In this document: positions 25,069 to 37,820 of the stretch, piece by piece
How positions within the stretch are numbered: position 1 is the first letter of the stretch
Layout of the letters: the number at the start of each line of letters is the position of its first letter
Translations under genes and position numbers: made by a program
Notes under the pieces: model-generated
The model's input: only the letters and a program-made list of their open reading frames with translations
Told to the model about the DNA's origin: nothing
The model's database searches: none
NCBI GenBank assembly: GCA_976551045.1
Contig: CDPCPM010000106.1
Location: forward strand, 23,374,001 to 23,438,000
Reading direction: 5' to 3'
Length of the DNA: 64,000 nucleotides
Source: Glaucostegus cemiculus
Taxonomy: Eukaryota

Positions 25069-27230
25069 GTAGGGCAATTTTTAACAGCCACTTAAAGGCA
25101 ACACTATTGGAAAAGCATGCTTATATCTTTTGGATCTGCATGTCCAAACAGGCACATAAGGCACAGAAAATATTAATGGCCTTGTGACTTCATGTGTTCT
25201 ACATAAGAAGTCAACTAATTAGTTTTGAGATTCAAACAACAGCTTGATTCTGAAAAGTCCAACATCAATTTCCAAGGTATGCAACAAACAGTGAATGGTC
25301 TGTCACAAATTGTTTTATATTAAAAGTTGGTAATGTTAAAGCAAATGAGGATTTACAGAAGTTGACTGAACTCACTGCACAGGTCAATGAGGAGACAAAC
25401 TTGATTCTGTTGCCTGACCGTGACTTTTTGATTGTTTCCTTCAAAGGAATCTGTTCTTTGTGGTGGGAAAACTTTTTTTTTGCAGTAAAAAGGTTCAAGT
25501 GGTTCTATCACTCAAAGTAAGTAAGCACAAAGAAAATTTGGAATTTAATGCCAAAAAAACAAATATCTGACAATACAGATAAACTGCAATTAAAGTCACA
25601 GAGTCAGAGAATCTGAGAATTTAGCCCTTTGGCCCATCATGTTGGTGGAAAATGAGTGCTATAATTCCCCTTCCATCACCAGGTCTGTGCCCCTGCAGGC
25701 CGTGGTTCTTCTTGCTATTCTGGAATTCTTTCCCCCCACAGAACTGCTGATGAAAATGCAAATCATTTAGAAATCGAAAACTGAATTCACAGCAACCACT
25801 TCCATTAATATTGTACATTTAATGTTGAAAGATCTGCAAAATATAAAGAAATATGGAGACTGAGCCCAAGAAGTGAAGGTTACGTGTGGAGGGAGGTTGG
25901 TGGCAGCCATATCAGTTGAAAAGTTGGGTTTCAAAGGGGGTCTTAGACGGGGAGAGTGAATAGACATACCAGTTTAAGGAGGAAATTATAGAGCATGGGG
26001 ATTTAATGCTGAAGGCACATCCACCAGCGATGGGGCTAAAGGAAAGTGAGTGCAAGAGATAGTAATTTAATGAGGCGGATTTAGCACCAGTACAAGTTAC
26101 AAGCATACAGAGATGCCAGGCCACAATACATTAAGATGTTACCTAAGATGTTCCAACAGTTTATTTTATTGTTAAGGAACAAGATGGCTAGAAATTTTCC
26201 AGCAGTTGTTTTATTTTTTTAAAACTTCATCAATGAGATCAGAGAAAAATGCTGATGAATTTCTCCCATTGCTATGCGTAGTATTATAAGCCTGAGAGAT
26301 TGAAACAGAGCCAGAAACAGATTACTCCTGCCACCTCTCCCCCACCTCAGCAAATAAATACTGTGACAATCCTTTAAAAATAGAAGTGGATTTAACCAAC
26401 ATTCTTTTGATTCGAATATTTATAAAGTCAACGTCATGACCTTTTGAAAAATAATTTTGCCAAAAATTTATTGTAACATCTTTTGCTCTGAATGGTTTAG
26501 TGCTTTTGATTTGTTTTACATAAGCAGTGAACTTAGCCATCAGCATACAGGATGGAGCACTGCCCCGCTTAAACAGTAAATGTTGACACTGAAACTTTAC
26601 TGGGAACTGGCCTCAAGGAGCTGCAGTTCCCAGCAGTGTGAGTAGTTAGTCACACTGCCGAGTATGGATGTGCAAGGTCCTAGCTGAAGCGGTGATTAGA
26701 GTCATCAGTGTTCGGTTTTCCGTTCTTCTGATAATGTGATGATCACTGAGTATCTGAGAGACAGATGTTAAGTGTATAATACTCTGCAATGCTCTTGTTT
26801 AGAAGAAGTCTTTAAAAGTTTGATGCAGATTGCTATCAATGTAAACAATGGTTCCACCTGAATAGATGAAAGGAATAAAGGTGTGGATGTGTAGCCCTAG
26901 CATGGGGGTCAGGCAGAGGACAAAAAGCTTAAATGCAAAAAAATGGATTTTGAGAAGGCTTTTAAAATGGAGCATGAAGTGGAGAGATGGAGATGTTTAT
27001 ACAGTTCCACAAAGTAAGATTGATAAACTATCTGCTTTCAAAGTGGAATGAAGAGAAAGAGGAGTGGATATGTAAAGGGTCAGATTTAAGCAATGTATTG
27101 GGAAATCTCAGATTGAAGCAATTATGGGTGGATTAAAGGAATAAGATAATGATCTTAATTTAAATACATCAGGAAACTGAAAACAAATATGGATCTGTGA
27201 GGAAAAGGATGGAGGACAGGCAGGACTTTT

Positions 27231-27477
27231 AAAAAAAATTTTATTTACAGCGCGGTAACAGGCCCTTTCGGCCCAACGAGTCCGCGCCGCCCATTTTAAA
27301 CCCCCAAATTAACCTACCCGTACGTCTTTAGAATGTGGGAGGAAACCGGAGCACCCGGAGGAAACCCACATAGACACGGGAGAACATACAAACTCCTTAC
27401 AGTCAGCGACGGGAATCGAACCCCGATCAGTGGCACTGTAACAGCGTTGCGCTAACCACTACGCTATCGTGCTGCCC
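27231..27477 (-). mobile_element. Young full-length tRNA-derived V-SINE (HE1-like)
   Basis: Minus strand: A box TAGCGTAGTGG, B box GGTTCGATTCC, V core GTGGGTTTCCTCCGGGTGCTCCGGTTTCCTCCCAC, CR1-like tail GGGCCGAAAGGGCCTGTT; CpG-rich. Confidence 0.92.
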
Positions 27478-28699
27478 ATCGATCACCAACACTTATTCAT
27501 CACCAACATCCTTCCATGAAACCAGTAAACCAGGGCTCAATCGGTCTGAGCACATTCCATTGTGAAAATGAGCCATGCCAATGAGAAAGAGTACTGGGTC
27601 TATCCCAGATTAAGTTAGACTATTCCATCAGTCTAGCAATAGGTGGCATTCCATTCCTTTGTTGTCTAGTATATCCTTTTGGAAAATACACTCATCTGGA
27701 GATTGACTAAGGACATGAATAAATTTAATGTGATACTATTTACAGTCAAATAGCCTACGAACATTTAATGTCTAGGGTTGCACACAAACAATGGCTCCTT
27801 GGACAAGAGAGTGCTGCAGTATTATACGTCAAATGAATTAGAGCCTCAAGTGTTGAAATGTCTATGATTCCGTAGGACCTTTGGGACTGGGACATACAAA
27901 TGTATGATCATGTGAACTAGGAGCAGCAGAAAGTACATCAAACCTGCTCTGCTATTCAATGTGATCATGACTGATCTGATTATAATCTCAGCTCCACATC
28001 TCTGCCTGCCTACATTCTGCTCTGCACTTCCAGCTATCTAAACTGGGAAAAGCAACATATAAACTAGCTTATGAGCCGTCAGAGTATATATTATAGTGAT
28101 GCTCCAATTGGGAACATGTTCTGTGTGTTATTTTGCCAAATTATTCTAAAGCAGATTCCTTTTTTAGTACTTAAATCCAAAATAGATCTAGCATTAAAGA
28201 ACTCCACTTGTTTGTAGGTTAATCCATTGAATATATAAATTAAAGCTCTCAAGATACCTTGAATGGAGAAGGTTCTTCAGCAATTGGAATTAATACTCTA
28301 AGAATGGTAAATTTACTATATAGTTAGTAGATTAATACCTAGATGGTTTTTTTAAATGACTTTTGGTATCAACCGTCTTTCCCAGTAACTTATTACTATG
28401 ATTATTACCACTCTAGAAACTTGCTTCTATATTTGTGCCTTTGACATATGGATTCATCCCAGTGCACTTCACAGATGAGTGAGAGAAACAAAGTAAAAGT
28501 GAGATATCCTAAGGCTTAGATGAAGATGTAGGTGACAGGTTGACAGAGGAAAGTCTTGACAGTTAACTGTTGATAATTCTGAGCATGAAGACTTATTAAA
28601 TATATCCTAATTTTACCCTTCATAGTTTGGAAACCTATTCCACTTGTTGTCATGTTTTGATATATCTGCAAGCACTATGTGAGTTTATTTTCAGTTATA

Positions 28700-29060
28700 T
28701 CATGGAGTCATAGAGTCACACAGCATGGAAACAGAGCTTTGGCCCATCCAGTTTGTATCGACCATCAAGCCCCAATTATGCACTCATCTCTTTTCTGTCC
28801 CTGTGTTCATATCAACTCCCTCCAGATTCTACCTACAAACCAGGGATAGTTTACAGTGGCTAGATAACCTATGAATACATCTTTGGGATGTGGAAGAAAA
28901 CCAGGGCACCTTGAGGAAACCCATGCAGTTTCAGGGAGACTGTATGGTTTTCCTCGAGGAGCTCTATGTGCAAACCCCACATAGACAGCACCGGCTGTCA
29001 GGGTCGAACCCGGGTTGTTGGAGCCGTGAGGCACCAGCTCTACTATCTGTGCAATTGTGT
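28700..29060 (-). mobile_element. Older V-SINE (HE1-like), near full length
   Basis: Same core (gaaaaccagggcaccttgaggaaacccatgc), B-box-like ggtcgaacccgg, CR1-like tail with catagagt repeat. Confidence 0.85.
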
Positions 29061-29449
29061 TTGCTGTAAGCTTATAAGGAGTCCTTCAAGGTGGAGATTT
29101 CAAAAGCTGAAGATGGTTCCTTATGCTGCTGTAACTGCATTAGTTTAAGTATACCTGATATTAATCAAAGCAGACCATAGAACACAGGTCTTTAAGTGTC
29201 CAGTGTGGTATGATCACCAGTAAATCTCAGTGTTATGAAATACAAATAATGACTATACTAAATGTGAGATCTCCTGGTAAGTACAAAGCTTGTACTTACA
29301 TAGACATTTTCAATGAAACATTTCACCGGTTGTATTTCACCCTACTTGTCTGTAACTGTAGCTATTTATCATGAAACCTAATAGTGACACTGCATAGGTC
29401 TGCAGGTTGTGCCAACCTGTTCATGATGCAGGCATTGCAGGCAATGCCA

Positions 29450-31800
29450 ACATTTATTTCTGTCCATAATTGCCATTGAGAAGCAGGTGTGAAGCAGCTA
29501 TCTTCTTCATATCTTGTGGTTTCTCTAGTGAAGATACTTCCAATGTTCCCTTAGTGGCTGAGTCGAGGCGGGCCGGTGGCCGGAGGCGGTTGAGTTGAAG
29601 CGGGCCGGTGGCCGGAGGCAGTTGAGTTGAGGTGGGCCGGTCAGTCGAGCCGGAGGTGGTTGAGCCGTCGAGCTGGAGGTGGTCGAGAACAACTCAGCGC
29701 GGTCGCTGTCCTGATGTCCTCCCTTGTCTCTTTTGTCTTTATTGTCTTGAATGGTTTTGCACCTGGTCCTGCGGAGGACGGTATTTCGCCTCCATGCACG
29801 CTTAATGTATGTGTGGAAGTGACAATAAAATTGAATCTGAATCTGAGTCTGGGGTAGGGAGCTTCAGGATTTAGACCCAGCAGTGAGGAACGAATGGTGA
29901 TGCAGTTCCAAGTTAGGATTTTGGTGACATGAAGGGGAACAGGCAACTGGAATGTTCCTGTGCTCCTGCTGCCCTTGTCCTCTTTTTGGGGTGGAAGTCA
30001 CAATTAGGGAGGTGGAGTTGGAGTAGCCTAGGCGAGTAACTGCAGTGCATTTTATAGTTGGCACATAATGCCACCAGTGCTGGAGGGAACGAATGTTAAG
30101 GCTTGTTGATTGGGTGCTAATCAAGTGAACTGCATTGTTCTCTATGGTGTTGAGCTTTTAGATCTTTATTGCAATTAGACTCATTTAGGCAAGTGGAGAG
30201 TAATTCATTGCACTCCTGTATGTGCCTTGTAAATGCTGGAAAGGATTTGAGGTGACAAGAGATGAGTCACTTGCCACAGGATACCCATCCTCTGACCTGC
30301 TCTTGTAGCTACTGGCATTTTGTGGCTGGTCCAATGGAGTTTCTGGTTAGTGGTGATTACCAGGATGTTGATGATGGGAGAAATTGTTATGGTAATCCCG
30401 ATGAAGTCATGTGTAGATGGTTGGACTTCCTCTGGTTGGAGATTGCTTGGCACTTTAGTGCTGGAATGTTATTTATCACCTATCAGCTCATGCCTGCATG
30501 TTGACCATGTCTTTCTGCATGTAGGAATGGAGCACTTTATTTTCTAAGGATTCACAAATGGAACTGAACATTGTGCAATCACTGGCTCTTTGCTACTGCT
30601 TTGATGTCAAGCTGTCACTCTCTCCTCACCTCTGGAATTCAGCTCTTTTGTCTCTGTTTGCGCCAAGGATATGATGAGATCCAGAACTGTGAGGTCTGGT
30701 GAAACTCAGACTTGCACTGGTGAGTAAGTGCCACTTGCTAACACTGTCATAAACTCTTCAATCATTTTGCTACCAATTCAGAGTAGACTGATTGGGCAGT
30801 AATTACATTTGTCCTGATCTTTGTGGACAGGACACTTTTCCACAGTATTTTAGTTGGACTGGAACAGCTTGGCTAGAGGTGTAACTGGTTCTGGATGCAA
30901 GTCTTCAGTACTACTGTTGGGATGATGTCTGGTTCTGTAGCCTTTGCTGTATCTAAGATTCTCAGCTGTACCTTGATTTCAATAAATGAAATGACTTGTC
31001 TGATGACTGGCTTCTGTGATGGTGGGGAGTTCAGGAGGAAACTGAGGCACTTCTGGCTGAATGTGATTGCAAGTGGTTAGGCCTTGTCTTCAGCACTCAC
31101 GTACTGGGAACCAGCAGCACTGAGCATGGAGATGTTTTTGGATCCTCCTTCTGTTATCTGTTTACACTATTCATTACTAGATGTGGTGGGATTGCAGAAC
31201 ATTGACCTGATCTTTATGCTGTAGAATGGCTTGGTTCTTTCCATTGCATGGTGTTTTGTTAAAAATGCACGTTACCTTATATGGTAGCTTTGACAGAATG
31301 GGACTTCATTTTTAGGTAAGCTTGCACTCTGCATGCCCTCCTACATTCCCCATTGAGCAAAGTCTGATCCCCTGGCTTGATTTTGTCAGTGGAATGAGGG
31401 AGGTGCCAGATCACAAGGTGGCAATTGTCTTGGTGTGCAGTTGCCCTGCTGTTGGTGGTCCATAGCATTTCTGTCAGATCAGTTCTGAGTTGTTCTATTT
31501 GGCACCATGATAATGGCATGCTATATGATGGAGGGTGACCTTGGTGTAAAGACTGGACTTTGTCTCTACGAGGACTGTGTAACAGTCAGTCCTAGTAATG
31601 CTGTCATGGGCATATGCATCTTCAACTGGTAGGTTAGTGAGAATGAAGTTATGTAGGTTTATCCCTTGTGCTGGTTGCTCACTACCTGCACAGATCCAGT
31701 CCGGCAGAACATCTTGTAGGACTGTGAGCTCTGTCAGTGATGGTCTACCAAGCTCTATGTTACTCTGTGTGGTTTGAATTGAAGCACCATGTCATTTAAG
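29450..31800 (-). mobile_element. Long decayed L2/CR1-group LINE, interrupted at about 29555-29850
   Basis: ORF 30205-30453: ISPIINILVITTNQKLHWTSH..VATRAGQRMGILWQV (same family as 20720-21420); decayed FADD-like motif near 30570-30590. Confidence 0.8.
29555..29850 (+). mobile_element. Young CpG-rich non-autonomous insert with 32-bp tandem repeats and Rex1-like tail
   Basis: Unit gagttgaagcgggccggtggccggaggcagtt starting 29560, 29592, 29624; ends tgacaataaaattgaatctgaatctgagtct. Confidence 0.75.
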
Positions 31801-33640
31801 TTTGTACAATTCTTCCTCTGCTTGAGCCTCCAATGTGTTTGGTCCAGGGTAGACTTGCAGTGGATTGACTTGGCATTTGGCTTGATGCATGTGTGGGCTT
31901 TGTGGCCCTTTATGCCAGTATAGGAAGGATATATTTGCAAAATGCTGTAGAAGCTTATCTAACCTTGGTTGTGAAATGCACATCCTTAGTGCATTCTTCT
32001 AAGCTATCTTTAAGTCAGCCTTTTCTAATCGAATTGGCCTGTTTGTGGAGTGAGTTATTATAATTGTTAACTTCACTCTTGACTATTATAAGAAAATATA
32101 CATCATATCTGAGCTCACATTTTCAGTGCCACTTCTAGCTATCTCTTCAGATTCAGCTTTTTTTCAAATGGTGCTTTGTAGTACCTTTTTATGTATATAT
32201 TTCTGTCTAAGACTGAACGATCAACAGCTATTGATATTCATTTCATTATATTGGTCATTAACTTTCAATTTAATTTTAACATCACTGTGTTTTCCATTAC
32301 TAACAATAGCAGCATATGAACTGTTTAAATCATTGTTCAGACTGTTCACCAGCTTCAGTGTTATGTAAGTCTTTATTTTGTGGCTTTTTGTCATCAATCT
32401 TTCTCTTTTTCTCATTGGTTGACATTATTGTGGCTTCTCATCCAGTGTGTTTCATTACATACTGAGGTTATGTGCTCCTTTTTTTTATAGTTAAAGTATT
32501 TTGCTGCTGTAAACTGTGATGAGTGATCTCCATTACATCGGTGCCAGTTTGTCCCACCTCACTAAACTCATTCACGCATACACCTTGGATTTAATGTTGT
32601 CGTTCCCAACTTTGCTGCCACATGACCTCACATTTTACTAACACCGCCAAAATTTCCTTGGTGTATTTCAAAGTCATCTCCATCACTGTGGCTAATTTAC
32701 ATGCCCACTCAAATGTTGTATATTCAGTAATTTAGATTGAATTTGTTGGCCTGTCAAAGTGCACATGAATGAGTTGCAATATTTCATTCAAGAAGGTGCC
32801 AAAATTACAGCCACAACAAATCCTTTACTATCACTATATACATATTAATGGTCTCTCTTGCCTTCTGCTTCTGCTTCTGAATTTGTAACTTTTTATGATC
32901 TCTGTGGGTGCTGGAGTAAAGTGTTTCTACAATCTCTTAATAACCTCAGCAAAAAAAGGAAAGAACTTTCATTTTGTGTGGAACCAGGACATCTGGGCCT
33001 ACCTTTATTATATGCTCTCGTATGGTTCACCCTAAACTTCAATGATATTTGTGATCTGAAAAACATTGCCATGCATTCCAGATAAGTGAAGTGCTTCATC
33101 ATAGATTCCCAATGCTGCTGATCTAGCAGGATTGGATCTGGACTGCCATTTAGCACCATTCTTGCTCTTGCAGTTGCAATGCTTAATTTGATAAGACTAG
33201 ATTTTAATTCTTCTGTACTCAAGTCAAAACTTGAATCTCGCCATTTCCAGGCTGCACATTGAAGTTACTAAGACTTATCATACTACCACGAGTATATATG
33301 CTTGAAGCCTGCAATGTCTTCATAACTTCGGGCCTCTTTGATTCTTTTTCAAAACTATCCTCCTTACCAGTGTAGTGTCTGTACATTTGTGAGTTCTTAC
33401 TGCAGTAACATGCAGAGTGTGATCGAATACTTCATAAATGGCATCACGCTTATTTGCCTATACTGCCTCTTAAAAGTTACAGAGTACACACTGCATTTAC
33501 CTGGGTTTACCCTCATTTCTGTGGAAGCTGGAGGTTGGGAGATGAAATCAATTTCAAATCTATATTTGAAATGAAATGACTTTTCCTAATACTAGGCATT
33601 AAGTGGTATGGAGTAATAGATTCTGAATGACGATGAGTAG

Positions 33641-34365
33641 AAATCAGAATCAGTTTTATTATCACTGATATATGTCATGAAATTTGTTGTTTTGAGGCAG
33701 CAGTACAGTGCAAGACATAAATTACTATAAGTTACAAAAATAAACAAATAGTACAAAAGAGGAATAACAAGGTAGTGTTAATGGACTGTTCAGAAATCTG
33801 CTGGTGGAGGGGAAGAAGCTGTTCCTGAAACATTGAGTGTTGGTCTTCAGGCTCCTGTCTATCCTCCTTGATGGTCATAACATGAAGAGGGCATGTCCCA
33901 GATGGAGAGCGTCCTTAATGATGGATGCTGCTTTCTTAAGGCACTGCCTTTTGAAGATGTCCTTGACGGCAGGGAGGGCTGTGTCCATGATGGAGCTGGC
34001 TGAGTCTACAACCCTCTGCAGCCTCTTTCAGTTCTGTGCATTGGAACCTCCATACCAGGCGGTGATGCAACCAGTCAGAATGCTCTCTACCGTACATCTG
34101 TAAAAATTTGCAAGAGTTTTTGGTGACATCCAAGTCTCCTCAAACATAATGAAATAGAGCCACTGGTGTGCCTTCTTCATGATTGCATCAATGTGTTGGG
34201 CCCAGGATAGATCCTCTGAGATGTTGACACCCAGGAACTTGAAGCTGCTCACCCTTTCCACTGCTGACCACTCAATGAGGACTGGTGTGTGTTCTCCCAA
34301 CTTCCCCTTCCTGATTGAAGTCCACAATCAATTCCTTGGTCTTGCTGACATTAAGTGCAAGGTTT
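33641..34365 (-). mobile_element. Rex1/Babar LINE 3' part
   Basis: ORF 34028-34327: AVERVSSFKFLGVNISEDLSWAQH..KKAHQWLYF..LANFYRCTVESILTGCITAWYG; tail aatcagaatcag-ttttatt. Confidence 0.92.
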
Positions 34366-36439
34366 TTGTTGAATTCTGCCCTCATTCAGAAAGACATAAA
34401 ACATATTTCTTTCTGAACATAATTGTACTGATACCCTCAGGATGATACTGAGAGACTAGGTTGGACTCATTACTCTGAATTATGTTTTTTCTGTCCCATG
34501 GCATGTTTACTAGGCCTTAGTTTGGGGCCAGGTTCTGGCTGTTGCTTCATCGACTCTGAATGTTATTTGTAAATTATGTACTGATAAATATTTGGGAACT
34601 TTGTTCAAATTCCATGAAGGAGAAACTTGATTTAAGTTTAAACTGGGCGCACAATTGCTTGTGCATTCTTTTGAATGCCATTACATTTGAGAAGAGAGGC
34701 TAACTCCAACGCGCCAAGCAGCAGACTAGAAATTCTGTGAGCTTCGAGAGTACATACTTAGATTTTTTTCAAAATGTCACCTGGACTACTAGTTTGTGGC
34801 TGACAACTGATTGAGCAATTATATCATCTGATTATCCCTGAATTGTGCATCTTATGTCCTGCAACCTGCCTAAATTCCAAACTGGCATACTTATGGAGTC
34901 TAATTCCAGTTTCACTCGGGCATTTTGAGTGATTAATAATCTGGTATTTAGTGCACCTCTGGCAAAATACTGGAGCAGATCATGGCAAAAAAAATTGTGG
35001 TTTACTGCCAGGTTTATATTGGAAAACAGAGATAATTTTTCCTTTCTTTCAAGTGCATAGTTTTTTTTGATTCTAGAACAACATTTGAAGTAAGTTTATT
35101 TTATTCCTGAAGACATTATGCATGTATTGGAGGAATATTAGACTTTAATAATATGCAGTCATATGGCTCATGTGATGGAGAAGTAAAGCTGTGGCGATAG
35201 TTCTGGTAGAACGAAATCATGTCGTTATTGTGGCTAAATCTAATTATCTGGCTGAATAGTCAGAGTTTGTTCAAGGAAATGAAAGGAAATTGCTAATATT
35301 TGGCAAATAATAAACAATTGCTGAGTGTATGATCTGTTTTTCAATATGGCAGATATTTAAGAAAATTAGTCTACTGGCCTTTCTATATTGCATTGAAAAT
35401 TTTTCACTGTAAGCCAAGTGATTGCAAAGAACAGGGAATTGTTTGTTGCTTAAGAGCATGATATAAATGTAAACTATTAATTTTCTTCTTGTCTTCTCAG
35501 TTTTTTTTGACATACTTTCCCTGTTTCTTTGTCTGCCATTGTTTTCTTTAGCCAGCATCTGCCTTTCATTACTTCCTCTCCATTATTATTTTCTCTCATT
35601 GTAACCTCTTCCGGGTGCCCCCCTTGTTTCTTCATGCTGCACACTCTGTCTTTTATTTCTCTTGTTTCTGTCTTTTGAACCTACCTTCAGGTATAACAAA
35701 ATCTTGAATTGAGATCATCTTAAATATTTAATTTTTCTGGTATATTTATTTGAAATTATTTTCCCATCTTTGGAAAAATACTTAATCTTATTTATAATCA
35801 TTCTCCTTTCAGTTCAAGTATCTCTAACCATGATATTCTGTAGACCCTGTTTGTTTTGATCCACCTTAAATCAGCCTGTATGCAAATCAATAGCTTCAGC
35901 GGGTCCTTCCTTTGGCAGTTTTTTTCAGTAGGTATTTTCATTTGGATCATTTTGTGTGTGAATAGCCCAGAAATAGTGCTGTCTCTTGGTTGGTCATTGA
36001 TCATACTAAGTGCCTTCAATTCAGTTTATCCTTTTCCTGGACAGCAAATTTCACTTGCTGAATATTTATTGTTGACCATTTATTACAGACATCAGGAAAA
36101 TTGGGAAATGCAACCAACTATTTTAACACTAAGAGGTGATATATCTGTGTAATAATCTGCAGAGGCCTTATGGGAGATTACAATGTATTTTTCAGCGACT
36201 TTTTTCCAAAATTGATTTTCTAGAGCCCAATTGAAAACTGTTGCAAAGGGACAGTTACTGGACATTTTAAGTTGTCATAAATGGCAAACATTCTGATCCA
36301 GAAAGGAGGATAATTTGAAGGAGATTATCATAAAACAATAGCCTTAAGAGTGATCCCTTTTACTAACTGATGGCTTTGGCAGAACAATGATGTTGCTTAC
36401 TCGGGCAGAACTTAACAGAAATGCACAAGTATCTTCTAT

Positions 36440-36770
36440 ATTTGTGCACAAGATATGGTCATCACCTTTACTGTTGATCCTTAATTTATCTTGAACTGAA
36501 TGACATGCCAGGTCTTTTCAGAGTGCAGTTAAGTGTCAACCACATTGGTGGCTCTGGAATTATATATATAGGCCAGAACTGGTAAGGATGGGAGATTTCT
36601 GTCCCTGAATGAGAGAATGAGATAGAATTTTACAGGTCTGATAGTTCTTTGCTCCCAGCTTTTTGTGCCAAGTTTTTCATCTACATTTAAATTTGCCAGC
36701 TGCTGAGGTGGGATTTGAATTTATGTTTGCACATCAATAGGCTGGGCCTCATGGCAACTGAACCATTAAT
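36440..36770 (-). mobile_element. Old SINE with L2/CR1-group tail
   Basis: Co-linear with 51065-51440; B-box-like ttcaaatcccacc on the minus strand. Confidence 0.6.
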
Positions 36771-36799
36771 TAAATGAGTTTCAGCCAATGAGCTATTTT

Positions 36800-36930
36800 T
36801 GTTTCTGATGAAGGGTCCTGGACATGAAACACTAACTGGTTCTCTTTTCTCAGATGCTGCCTGACCTGCCAAGTGTTTCCAGAATTTTTTTTTTATTTCA
36901 GATTTCCAGCATCTGTGTTTTTTGTTTGAG
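36800..36930 (+). mobile_element. Penelope-derived short repeat with hammerhead-like core
   Basis: ctgatgaagggtcctggacatgaaac followed by cagatgctgcctgacctgc...tttccag; homologous to 47715-47890 and 55940-56125. Confidence 0.7.
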
Positions 36931-37060
36931 CTAATTTTTGTATTTGCTATTGGCAATTATTTTCAATTTAGTAGTAGGTACATGTTGCTTCCTTAGCGCA
37001 AAGACTAGGGTAGATAGTTCCAAGAGGATAGAAACTGAAACTTGTGATAGGCAAAAGATG

Positions 37061-37150
37061 GAGAGAGAGAGAGAGAGAGAAAATGAGGGAGCGAGAGAAA
37101 AAAATGAGGGAGCAAGAGAGAAAGAAAATGAGAGAGCGGGAGAGAGAATA
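37061..37150. repeat. (GA)10 microsatellite plus three degenerate 21-25-bp purine-rich units
   Basis: gagagaaaaaaatgagggagc-like units visible. Confidence 0.85.
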
Positions 37151-37754
37151 TAGGGGGGGAGAAGATAGAATGAAGCACAAAATAGTAATGTAAGAACGTA
37201 ATGAGCTAGAAGTTACTATCCAGTTACCTACACTTGGCTTTGGACTATGAAATAAGTCTTTTGAATATTATTGCTGTCAACATTGCTGCTTAGCATAGGC
37301 CCAATCCTCAGTGGGGGGGGACCCATCTACAAAAGAGCTGAAAACACTTTGATAGTTGGCTAAGCAATGGCTTCAGCTTATCTGGCTGCCAAATGACTCA
37401 AAATTTCTTAATGTCTCAAAATTTCTTAATAATCCAGGAATTCAGAAACAGCCAAAACATTAAAAAAAAACTTCAAACATTCAAATAAACTCGATTAATT
37501 AAAAAATAAATTACCTAATAATAACGATGGTATCTCATGGCTATTCCTCTCCCCTGAAAAGAATAGACTCACTGCTTCTGCATGTGGTCTAACCTGTGGA
37601 GTCCAATGTCAAAGTGGAGTCAGGAAAAGCTGTTAAAGAGTAGCCGGCTAGTTCAGGACTTCCATGATCATGAAGAAATCCTGCACCTAATTCACTTACA
37701 CAGAGAACAGCTAGCAGTTCCATGTGGACTGCAAGCATTACAGCCATGATCTCA

Positions 37755-37820
37755 AAATGGCGGAGCAGACTCGAAGGGCCGAATGGTCTACTTCTGCTCC
37801 TATTGTCTATTGTCTATTAC
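37755..37820 (+). mobile_element. Very short CR1 3' terminus
   Basis: aatggcggagcagactcgaagggccgaatggtctacttctgctcctattgtctattgtctatt; terminal short tandem repeat. Confidence 0.8.

Noticed and set aside
27400-27477. tRNA-like sequence with A and B boxes
   Set aside because: It is the head of a V-SINE; no complete cloverleaf.
29560-29690. 32-bp repeats as a CRISPR-like array
   Set aside because: Units are head-to-tail without unique spacers, in vertebrate DNA with no cas genes.
37395-37432. Tandem duplication of ctcaaaatttcttaat
   Set aside because: Simple two-copy slippage duplication with no sign of function.
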